A stretch of 52,806 nt of DNA, taken from the NCBI RefSeq assembly GCF_004010195.1, contig NC_057756.1, positions 10,653,565 through 10,706,370 on the forward strand. The letters run 5' to 3'. This document shows, piece by piece, positions 11,138 to 21,462 of this stretch (positions are counted from its first letter, which is position 1; every line of letters starts with the position of its first letter). Under the pieces are notes generated by a model. That model searched no databases and was not told the origin of the DNA. It saw only the letters and a program-made list of their open reading frames with translations. This DNA comes from Chiloscyllium plagiosum. Taxonomy: Eukaryota. The position numbers were made by a program, and so were the translations under genes.

Positions 11138-12453
11138 TTACCGTTCCTGCTTTCTTAAGTCTGCCTCTTTTTCAAACTCTATGAGTAATCTATTACTCTC
11201 TCTTTCTTGTGTGTTTAATGTTGTCATGATCATCATTGATTGTTGACCTCCCAAGGACATTATCGACTTACTCATTACCCACTTTAAGATGTTAAATCCT
11301 ATAATTAGTCCTATTATTATTAGTAAGACATAAATGCCTAAATTAGCGAACCATTTTCCACAACTAGTCAGTTCCCAATCACCCCATTCCCATCTCTAAT
11401 CTTTTCGAAGTTTATTCTCAATTTCTTTTATATTCTTTATCTTTTTCTTTACTATTTCTGCCTTATCTTCTACTAGGGAAATGTCGTCTGCGATGAGGGT
11501 GCAACATTCCTTACCAATAGCTGCACAGGTTCCCCCTTTTTCGGCCAAGAGATAATCTAGAACGATTCGATTTTGTAAAGCTGTTAATCTGTGGCAATCA
11601 TTTCGGTGGTTATGGCCGATATTTGGGTCTGAGTTTCTTCCATTGCATCGGAAGTATTATTAATTAATTTCTCAAGGGCAGCCGCCAGTTTTTGTATCTC
11701 TCCCCCTGCCCTTGCAGTACTGAGGCTTGGGAATAAAGTCCACAACAGACGGTCAGAGACCTCTCGGGTCTTACGTTTTACTCCCTCTTCATTTCTCAGG
11801 TTGTGTTCATGTTTTCTAATCGGAGGTGAGGAATTATATAAGCAAGATAACAGCAGCCACTCCAGCTTTTCTTGTTTTGAGGCAATGACTTATCAATTTC
11901 AAAACATGCATTTCTTCCTATACATTCGGTTATTTGAATGTATTTCTCTCCGGGAATAAATGGATAGGCCTTCCAGCCGCATACCCAATATGTTCCATTC
12001 AATATTTGGGGAACGGTCTTGGCCGTGGCTGGTGGAGACATAAGATGATTTTCCTAATTGGAAGGGTTCAGCATTATTCTGATTACAAAAGCAGGTTGTA
12101 TTCACTGCTCCTTTTGGTGGGGTAATTATAAAGCCATCGATAATACCCTTGGTTCTCAGAGCTGGTCTAGGGAATCATACTGCAAAGTTATATTTACCCT
12201 TTTCATGACTCCACATTGTGTTATTTGTGCCTGAATCAAATTGTTGTACATCATACACTTCCTTTTTGGTAAGTGGTATTACCGAAGTGGGGATTCCAGA
12301 TTCACCATCGTGTGGGATCTCTGCACAGACCCAACAATTAGTATGTCATTTTTGTTCAGCATAATTTTGGCATAGTGTCGTAAAGTGATTTCTCCCGTTT
12401 CCTCGAATAGTTAGTATTACTATTGTTATAATATTATACCAATACCCACCCAT
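11138..12453 (-). pseudogene. env: Retroviral envelope, gamma-type, frameshifted
   Basis: Signal-like MGGYWYNIITIVILTI; CWVC at 12325-12336; furin site RKTR at 11764-11775; immunosuppressive domain LQNRIVLDYLLAEKGG; CX6CC (CAAIGKECC, 11501-11527); TM LGIYVLLIIIGLIIGF; TAA at 11138-11140. Confidence 0.93.
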
Positions 12454-14139
12454 TTCTAACAACTATCTGCCTTCCTCTCTATCTGTCTTATTTCTTTAGG
12501 CGCCAGGAAGAAGTGAATCACACAGCCTTACAATCAATAACAATATATCTGCAAATTTTAAAAGAGTATTTTGTCTCAATTTATTCTTTCTTTCTCAAAT
12601 TAATTTTCAGAGGATTTTCTGTAGAATGGGCGTGCCACTCCGCCCCTGGGGCGTTCACAGGACCTTTGACACGAGTGTGATGGCTCCACACTTTCTCAGC
12701 AGTCCGAACAGCTGTTTCGGTGGTTAGAAGAGTTAGGAACGGTCCCTCCCAACTTGGGTGTAGTTTGGTATCCTTCCAGGTTTTAATCAAGACCCAATCA
12801 CCTGGTCGTATACGGTGTACTGCAAACTCTAGTGGTGGTGTTTGTCCAAATAAGCCTTTGTTCCCAAGAACAGATAATGAAGAACCAAGTGCCATAATAT
12901 AATTTTTCAAAAATTTATCATTAAACTCGGCTGTGGGTACCTCTCCTTCCCCTCCTGGAAATGGTAGTCCAAACATCATTTCATAAGGGGGAAGACCAAT
13001 ATCGCGCATCGGGGCAGTTCGGACGCATAGTACAACAGGCAAACATTTGGTCCACGGCAATCGAGTCTCTATGACTAATTTAGATAATTGTTTTTTTCAA
13101 ATTCTGATTCATGCGTTCCACACGTCTGGAGGAGGTTGGGTGCCAAGGGGTGTGAAATTCCCAAGAGATTTCTAATCCTGCCATTATTCCTTGTAGGATA
13201 CTGGAAGGAAAATGGCTACCTTGATCTGAATCTATATTTTCCACTATTCCATATCTTGGAATAATATGTTCGAGAAGTGTTTTTACCACTCCTTTTGAGG
13301 TGGCTGATGACATTGGGAATGCTTCTACCCACCCTGTTAAATGGTCTACTAAGACCGACAGGTATTTCTGCTTTCCTACTGGGGGTAGTTCAGAGTAGTC
13401 TACTTGTATACTTTGGAAGGGTCTGACCCCTGGTTTCTTCCTCCTTTGGGGATTTCCCTTATTATTTTCTTATTAATCTTCTGCCACGTTGTACATCCTA
13501 TGCATATTTGTTTTGCTAATGTATAGATTCGCTTGCATCCATATTTCCTTAACTCAATGTCACACATAGCTTGGGAGCCCCAATGACTACCTTGGTGTAA
13601 AGTAGCTAGGATGCTTCTCATAACTGGTTTACTCACCAATTCCCTCCCATCTGGCAAGATCCATTTTCCTTCAGTTGTCTTATTGGCCCCTATTTCCTGA
13701 AATTCTTTTTCTTCTTCCTCCGTGTACACGGGGTTCACGGAAGAAGAATCAACTAGGGGCGTTAGTACTTGCTTTCTTTTTACTGTGTGTTTCATAGCTA
13801 CTTCTTTGGCTATTTCGTCTGCTCGCCTGTTTCCCTTTGCTTCTAGTGTGTGTCCATTCTGGTGTCCGGGTACATGGACTCTAGCTATCTCCCAGAGTAA
13901 TTTTAGGCTCACCAATACTTGTCCTATCAATTCTTCATGCGCTAATTCCTTTCCTCTACTATTGAATAGTACCCGTGCTTGCCACATCTTTCCAAAGATA
14001 TGAGCTACCCCGTAACCATACTTAGAGTCAGTGTAAATTGTTCCATGGAGAAAGTGAGGTCTGCAGACGCTGGAGATCAAAGCTGAAACTTTATTGCTGG
14101 AACAGCACAGCAGGTCAGGCAGCATCTAGGGAACAGAAG

Positions 14140-14175
14140 ATTCGACGTTTCGGGTACATGCCCTTCTTCAGGAAT
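14140..14175 (-). ncRNA. Minimal type I hammerhead ribozyme motif (one stem II mismatch)
   Basis: Minus strand ATTC-CTGAAGA-A-GGGC-ATGT-ACCC-GAAA-C-GTC-GAAT. Confidence 0.75.
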
Positions 14176-14482
14176 GAGCAGAGAGTGTTCAGCAGGAGAA
14201 GATAAAAGGTAGGGAGGAGGGACTTGGAGGAGGGGCGTTGGAAATGTGATAGGTGGAAAGAGGTAAAGGTGAGGATGATAGGTCGGAGTAGGATGGAGGC
14301 GGATCCCTCCAGCCTGGCACCGCCTTCCTGACCTGCAGTCTTTTTCTTGACCTCTCCGCCTCCACCCTACTCCGACCTATCACCCTCACCTTGTCCTCTT
14401 TCCACCTATCACATTTCCAACGCCCCTGCTCCAAATCCCTCCTCCCTACCTTTTATCTTCTCCTGCTGAACACTCTCTGCTC

Positions 14483-14518
14483 ATTCCTGAAGAAGGGCAT
14501 GTGCCCGAAACGTCGAAT
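14483..14518 (+). ncRNA. Minimal type I hammerhead ribozyme motif (Penelope-type)
   Basis: ATTC-CTGAAGA-A-GGGC-ATGT-GCCC-GAAA-C-GTC-GAAT: CUGANGA and GAAA cores, stem I ATTC/GAAT, stem II GGGC/GCCC, GUC cleavage triplet. Confidence 0.85.
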
Positions 14519-15464
14519 CTTCTGTTCCCTAGATGCTGCCTGACCTGCTGTGCTGTTCCAGCAATAAAGTAAATTGTTCCATCTCGATTCTGTAAGTATT
14601 TTAAAGCCTGGTTTAATGCGTGCAATTCACAAGACTGTACTGACCATGCGTTAGGTAGCCGGTCAGCATCCAATATTCGGTTCTCATTACCGTCCATTAC
14701 TGCATACCCATTGTATAATTTTCCTTCCACTACTCTTGATGACCCATCTATAAACAATCTGTCTCCTTCATGTAAAGGAATGTCTCTCAGGTCTTGCCTA
14801 ATCTGAGTCTGATAGTCTATAACATCTAAACAGTCATGTTCTAGTTCTCGTTTGTCTAGAGGTTCTCCCTTCCATAAGAAGGTAGCTGGGTTTAAACAGG
14901 TGTCTCTTGCTAATACAAGGTCATCTTTTTCCATCAGAATGGCTTCGTACTTTAAAATTCGCGAATCTGTTAGCCATCTTCCTGCCTTTTGGTTTAACAC
15001 ATTTCTGACTTGATGGGGGTATTAATTACTAGTGCTCCTGCAAAAGTGAGCTTCCGACTTTCTTCTTCCAATACTGGAGTCGCTGCTATTGCCTGTATAC
15101 ATTCAGGCCACCCTCTTGAAACTGGGTGCAAAACTTTAGACAGGAAGGCTATAGGCTGTCTATTTCCTCCTCCTTTCTGAGTAAACACTCCTAAGGCTGC
15201 TCCATCATTTACTGTTCCAAAAAGGCGTAATGGTTTCTCTAGTGAGGGAAGGGCCAAAACTGGAGCTTGTATTAAACTACGCTTTAACTCGTGTAATTTT
15301 TCTTTTTCTTCTTCTGTCCAGTGCAATTTTTCATGTTCGGACACAATCAATTTATAATATAGCCCCTTTGTTTTCTGAGCGTATGACTCTATCCATAATC
15401 TGCAATAGCCCATTAACACTAGAAACTTCTGTAATTCTCGTTTGGTTTCCTGGAGGGGCAACTC

Positions 15465-16642
15465 TAACTTCTTTTATATGTCTGGCCATGATTTGGTTAC
15501 GAACTGGACCTTCAAATGTCCCTGAGCTACTAGATCATTAGGATTTATTCCTGAATATTTTCTCGTGATTTATTTTAGTCTTTGCAAGAAAGCTGACGGG
15601 GCTTCATCTTTGTCTTGTCTTACTTCAAAAGTTTTCGTAAAATTTTGGGATCTAGACGCCGCCTCTCTGATTCCTAAGATAACCATCTCTCGAAAGTCCA
15701 TCATTTCTCCTCTATCATGTTCATCCATACCCTTCCATCATGGGTCTATATTGGGGAATTTGTTTTCAGCTGGTATTGCTCTCTCGCCCACAGGGTGTCT
15801 CTTTTCCCATTCCCTAAGCGCAGCTCTTCTAATCATACCCTTTTCTTCTCCTGAAAATAGTGTTCCCATAACACTCATCAGTTCACCCCATGTATACAAA
15901 TTCGGCCCCAGGAATTGATCCAACTGTTCTGACAATCCTACTGGATCTTCAATCAAACTTTTCATTTCTCTTTTAAAAGACTAACTTCACCACTACTCAG
16001 CGGTGCATTAACATATCCGAATTCGCCATTACCTACGGGTACTTCTCTAAGGGGATATATTTGTGCCGCTGCCCCGCCTATGTCCCCCTCTTCCCTTCTT
16101 TTTACTGCTGATTTTGTTCTAAGCGGACTCAAGGGAAGGTCTTCCCCCGGACCTTTTTTTCGGTTCTTGTACCGGAGGAGGTACTGTGGGAGAGGGAAAT
16201 GACGGGCCATTATTATCATTGTTATATGGGGGAGGGGGAAAACTTGACAAAGGATCCCAGCGGGAATCCTTTGTTTCCTCATTGCCTTCTTCCGTTTTTG
16301 TCTTTTTCAGCATTAATATTTTCGGGCTCCCTGGCCAAAAGGCGGCGTAGTCAGATTCTTTATATGAGCACTTATGTTTCCTATTTGCATATATATTTAA
16401 GTCTTGACATAACCAATCCTCGTCTGACCCATGTTTAGGCCAAAATACTTTTGGGGCTTTAATGCTTTCCTTAGTCCACTCAAAACAACAAAAAATTATC
16501 TTTTTTTGTCTTTTCCTAGCGTCTGAGGATTGTATTTCCAATCTCTTAGCATTTTTCCCAAAGGACTGTCCATTGGGATATAGTCTTCGGATGTCTCTCT
16601 CATGTCTCTTTCTACATCTAAATTGTTATTTTTATTTCTCAT
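15465..16642 (-). pseudogene. gag: Retroviral gag (MA + CA), frameshifted, NC missing
   Basis: MRNK...IPMDSPLGKMLRDWK...CCFEWT...FWPKHGSDEDWLCQ (HERV-I-like MA); WDPLSSFPPPPY late-domain-like motif; YPLREVP...VNAPL; EDPVGLSEQLDQFLGPNLYTWGEL; KSWPDI.KKL. Confidence 0.93.
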
Positions 16643-17649
16643 TTTAATACTCGGCCGATTTCTTTATATAATTTCAATTAACCTCTCTGATGTTCGGCGT
16701 TACCTTCTTCCACACCCACTTTAGGGTCCTAATCTCCGTGAGGGGGTTTCCCTTCTTAATAACTGGTCTAAGGCTGGGTGATCGAATCAGTTAGACACCT
16801 TACTTGTTAAATTAATCTAGCCAATTAAAGACCTTTATTCTCTATTTTTTAAGTTGCCAATTCCCCCGTACTTCTCGTATGGAACCGACCACCAAGGGAA
16901 TACTTAAAGGTCAATTTTCATACCTTGGTCTGTGCACAAATGTTACCTGGTAGAATGCGCGCCCCGTCCCTCGGCAATACCAGACAGCAAAAACCGTTGT
17001 CAATCTAGGTCAGCCAAAATTTACCTTTACCCGGGTCTCATGTACACAAGAGTAACCCAACCAAACCACCACGTCTTAGTGCCCTTCGCACCACAGCGAA
17101 ACAGCATGTAATGCTGCAAATCCCAGCCGTCCGTGCTTGTGGCAACCTGCCGCGTCTTAGTTCACCTTGTCCGTGGCAAAGACTATCAATAAATGTCGCT
17201 ACAAATCTAGATCGGTCTTGTGCACATAAGAGTTACCCGACAAACCACCACCTCTCAGCGCACCTAGAACCACGGCAAAACAACAAGTACTGCTGCAAAT
17301 CCCGGCTGCCAGCGAATGCGGGTCTTAAATCCATAAGAGTTACGCGACCAACCCGCTGTGTCTTAGTGTTCCTCGCTAAGCAAAGACTGACTACAAAACA
17401 AAATCCACTGCCTACCCCGGTCGCCTGGATAATACTTACTTAAGACCTTTTTCTTACCCGGGTCTTGTGCACAACAGTTACCTGACTGAACCCGCCATGT
17501 CGCGTCTGCTCCTCTTGTTTCCAGGGCCCCTCAGTCATGATCTCGCTCGCCCGAGCCATCGCGGCAATGGGTGAAAGTAGAGACCGCCGAAATCGGCGGG
17601 GTGCACCTTCTCTGATTTTTCCGAAATTGCCGAGCAACCGGAGCTTGGG

Positions 17650-17667
17650 ATCCCAGACGAGCCGCCA
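17650..17667 (-). promoter_or_regulatory. Primer-binding site, tRNA-Pro
   Basis: Minus strand TGGCGGCTCGTCTGGGAT matches the MLV-type Pro PBS TGGGGGCTCGTCCGGGAT at 16/18 positions and lies 4 nt from the 5' LTR end. Confidence 0.9.
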
Positions 17668-17671
17668 AATC

Positions 17672-18252
17672 TGCAAGGAACAATTCAATAAAATTTTAGA
17701 CGATACCAACAAATCTGGAAACAAGACAATTTATTACGGACTTGCAAGTACGGCTGCAACTGCACAAAGCAATTGAGTGAATTAGACTTGGGTTAGTTTA
17801 CAATTATACCTTTGAGCTGAGTGAGGTCATCTCTCCAGACTCCTAATTGCCCAATCTCTCTTACTGGGCTTTACAACTGTCCATCCTCGCTCCACCCTTG
17901 TTACTTCCCCTTCCCCATGTTGGCAACCTTCCTCCCTGTTAGTGCTGACATTTTCATTATTTTGTCGATAGTACATCAAGATATAATTTAACATTTTGTA
18001 TCAATACTGCTGGTACATTCCATTCTCCGTACACTTAATCAATTGTGTATCATTTTTGTACAGCTCAGGCATTTTAGTTATCTCAGTTTTTTTGCTGGAA
18101 ACTTATTTTAAAAAAGTTAACTTGACTCCAGAATTAGTATTTAATTAACCATAATTAAAATATACTCGTCCCTAAGTGCCTGCAGTGTTTATAGTTTTTC
18201 TGCTGGACCCCTTTTCTTCATGTTTTTATATATCTGCAAAAACAACACTTCC
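17672..18252 (-). repeat. ERV 5' LTR
   Basis: Roughly 94-95% identical by eye to 10447-11032. Ends TTGCA before the PBS. About 14 nt of its U3 start appear to be missing. Confidence 0.93.
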
Positions 18253-18929
18253 ATAATTTGGGATATACATCCATAGATCCCTGTAGGGAGAGGGCAGGTA
18301 AACCCGTCCATATCACTGTTTTCGTTTCCAATCCCAAAACTTTTCCTATCTCTGTATCCACTACATATCTCCCTCCCTATCCCTTACAGCAACTTCCTCC
18401 CTCCCTATCTCATTCTCCAGCAACGTCGGGTTTGTGAGGGGAGGACGTGAAGTTTCTGACTCAGTTCTAAGTTGTAAACTTCAACCAATTTCTAAATGCC
18501 CACAGAATAAGTGTCTGACCATTAATTTTCCATGCCCCCAAACCCTCAGTCAGTGCAAGAGGAAAATTTTAGATTAACATTTCAAACCTCACCACCTTCT
18601 TCCTGATTACCTCCCTGATAGTATTTTCACAGCGTTGTGTTGTGGAAAGTGAAGCAGTTTTGATCCTCTCTCTGATCACTCTCACTCCCGGACAGATCAG
18701 CCTGAGACACAGTCAGTGCAGTGACCTTGCCATCCCTGGGTTTCCTCGTGCAGCCTCGTGTCTCACACAAAGCCAGGTTACAAACCGATTGTGATGTCAG
18801 GTATTTCCCTGTGTTGTACACGGTGAGGTCACACTGCAACTGTGAGGTCACGCTTTGACCTGTCCAGAACAAGGGGCCAGACTGCGATCAAACAGGGAGA
18901 CACTGAAACCCTCACTGTCATATTCCAGA

Positions 18930-19017
18930 ATGTACAAAGCTCTTCCAGACATTGACAGTAGGGTGTACCCGTGCTGGGCAGTGATGGGATTGCCAGGATT
19001 ATTTGCACTTTCTCTTG
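18930..19017 (+). other. Candidate GPR139-like first coding exon (orphan or alternative)
   Basis: MYKALPDIDSRVYPCWAVMGLPGLFALSL + G|GTAAGT. It contains a TM1-like YP..AVMGLP and ends at a phase-1 donor. Confidence 0.4.
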
Positions 19018-19504
19018 GTAAGTCATTTTTTCTGTGGGTTACTCAGGGGCATCAGCCTGGCAATGAGGGGTGTGGGGAATAGCTGCAGATTCCTGCTTGT
19101 CTGGCTTGGTGAACGTGGCTCCCTCCGGTGATTGATGGGAGACTCACAGGCTGACCCAGACTCCAGGCTATGTATACGTCAGGTGTCCCTATCAGAGCAT
19201 ACAAACAACTTTACAGAGATAGGATTTAGACATTAAAATATGGACCCATTCTTATCTTTGGCTTTCTGTCATTTCTACTGCCGTTTTTAAAATTCTGATT
19301 TTGTAACCAAGATGACGCCAGAGAATGGTGGCTTTGTACACGTTTCATTGTACATATATATTTCTGTACATGAGTACATGTGACAATGATTGTAATTCTA
19401 ATTCAATACTCAGTAAACATTTGTCACTCATGTCCAATCTCTAGTGATCACCCGTGACTGGAAAAAGCTGCTCTGTGATGGAGCTGAGAATTAATATTAG
19501 TCAC

Positions 19505-19900
19505 CACTCCCTCCCTATCACTGTAACCACCTCCAGCCCCACATCCCTCCCTATCTGTGTAACATCCTCCAGCCCCTACACACCTCCCTCTCTCTAAACC
19601 TCTCCAGCCCCCAGCCCCTACACATCTCCCTATCTCTGTAACACCCTCCAGCCCCGACATCCCTCCCGCTCTCTGCAACCTCGTCCAGCACCTGCACCCC
19701 TCCCTATCTCTGTAACCTTCTTCGGAACATGCTTCTCTCCATATTTCTGTTACGTCTTCCTGCCCCCAAACACCTCCCAATCATTGTACTGACATTTGGG
19801 AAACTCTGTAATCTCCTTCAGCACTCCACCCGACTCTATCTCTTTAACCTCCTACATTCCCTACATCTCTCCCTTTCTCTGCATCATCATCCCGCCCCTC
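19505..19900. repeat. Degenerate ~35-bp minisatellite (CCCTCCCTATCTCTGTAACCTCCTCCAGCCCC...)
   Basis: The motif recurs about 8-10 times. A few decayed units also lie at ~18345-18420. Confidence 0.85.
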
Positions 19901-20511
19901 ACCACAAGCTTTCTTTGTGATTTCCTGTTGATATGTTGGAGATTTGTCATGTTCATAAAGATTGCTTATCAACAGCAGACACAGTGAGGTTTTATTTAAT
20001 GGAGAGATCCCGGGATATAACAGTGCCCTGAGAGGACGGGCCCATAACACCAACAGCAAGTGGATATTTCCCAGTGTCTTCTCACTGGAACTGGGCTGGA
20101 CTTACATTTGTATAAAACCAAAGAATGAGTCACTTGACTCTAGGGCTGTTTGCTGAAACAAGGTATTTTAAAACTGAGAGCAACAGACCATGGTCGAGTT
20201 AATGATGGGAGACCAGACAGAATTCATTCAGAATCTGACAATAACCATGCAACATGTAAACAGTGCTGGGGACATAACATGGTACCTCACTTTTGAAAGT
20301 CTCCGTCACCATTTTGTGTCATTTTGATTGCTTTCCAGTGACAGTTTGTGATGATCCTGTCATTTACATCCCCATATTTTGCTTCTACTCTTTTACCATT
20401 CGATCCCCCCAAACCAAAAAAAAAACCCAAAACCTCAGTTCTTGCACCATTTTAGCTATTACTGTGGAAGATTAAAACTGCCTGCTCGGCCAGTAATTAA
20501 AGATAGAATAG

Positions 20512-21462
20512 TGTAATGATTAAGTAAAGGACAAAATAGTTTAAGGAATAAAACATATTGCTACTGACAATAATGTTATTAAGCGAAAAGCATAAAGCAG
20601 CAACCATTTTAAAGCATAGAACTTGCTTGTCACGCAGACATTTTGTGGTCACAATCCAAGAGACTTCGGGAGTTTTGGTCTTTTAGGCTAGAATCCCCAG
20701 GAAAGAACACACAGTGTGTATGACCTGAACAAGCTGTCATTTACGTTATAATGTTTTAGACGTGTACTGTACCTGAAGGGAGCTGAAATTACCGGCTGGT
20801 ACAAAGTGTTCTGAATGATTTTAAATTGTAACACTGGATTGAAACAATTAGCTGGAGCTGTGTTGCCATGATGCACAACAAATTCAAATTTGGCCAATCA
20901 GTTTAAATTATAGCCCCAAATTGCAAAATACAATCGACTTTAAAATAATGTTTCGACAACACAAAACAAATGAGATGATCCAATGTTTTGGGGTGTAAAT
21001 ATCAGGCATTTTGAACAGTTAGACAGAGCACAAACAACAGCCAGCACCAACACGTGGAGACTGCTTCGAGAAAGACCTGCTCTTGGAAAGGTCCCATTAT
21101 CTGGGAAGCAGAATATGGAAGAAGAAAGGAAAACAAGGATCTACAGAGGAGAACCGAAAGCTTCCTGGTTTTGAAATAAGAATTTTTTTTTTGTAAATCT
21201 TAATCGGAGTTTTTATCAGACTAGTATTGTAGAGGGGAAGGTAAAAGATAGGTTTAAGATAAAGGAGTTGTAAATAGTTACTGTCTCAGGTTTTAATTTG
21301 AACTTAAAGAATAAAATCATTAATTTTACTTGAAATAGTGAGTTCTGGGATAATTCTTTAACACTCGAAATTTAACAATGCAGGTGTTTAGCCAAAAGCG
21401 ATGTTAGCTTTTTTCAGAGTGGCTGGTTTAAATTGGCAGAGGGTTTACCTCATGTCATGTCA
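20512..21462 (+). mobile_element. Probable solo LTR of an LTR retrotransposon
   Basis: Starts TGTAATGA and ends TCATGTCA, with AATAAA at ~21310 and no coding motifs. No TSD was found. Confidence 0.45.

Larger units (their letters stand above)
14047..14568. mobile_element. Fold-back Penelope-like insertion with 14-bp TSD inside the ERV RNase H
   Basis: GTAAATTGTTCCAT is duplicated at 14033-14046 and 14569-14582. Inverted arms span 14088-14303 and 14355-14570. Confidence 0.93.
12581..15464 (-). pseudogene. pol: Retroviral pol remnant: RT thumb/connection, RNase H (interrupted) and integrase
   Basis: KRELQKFL.LMGYCRLWI; APVLALP; LFIDGSS...ELHAL...IYTDSKY...HVPGH...GNRRAD (RNase H); H-x-H/C-x-C zinc-finger remnant; VDYSEL / IDSDQGSHF / VERMN (DDE); WEGPF. 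Several frameshifts. Confidence 0.95.
10447..18252 (-). mobile_element. Defective class I endogenous retrovirus (HERV-I/HERV-IP-like), LTR-gag-pol-env-LTR
   Basis: Paired ~580-600-bp direct repeats, tRNA-Pro PBS, PPT, and gag, RT thumb, RNase H, integrase and gamma-type env motifs in order on the minus strand. Confidence 0.96.

Noticed and set aside
14189..14434. 81-aa ORF, plus the odd termini of ORFs 13400-14125 and 14446-15000
   Set aside because: These read through the non-coding fold-back insertion and are not part of Pol.
18620..18880. Cys-containing segment considered as an Ig/MHC-like exon or RSS-bearing segment
   Set aside because: No frame gives Ig-domain C-W-C spacing, and no heptamer/nonamer pair with 12/23 spacing was found.
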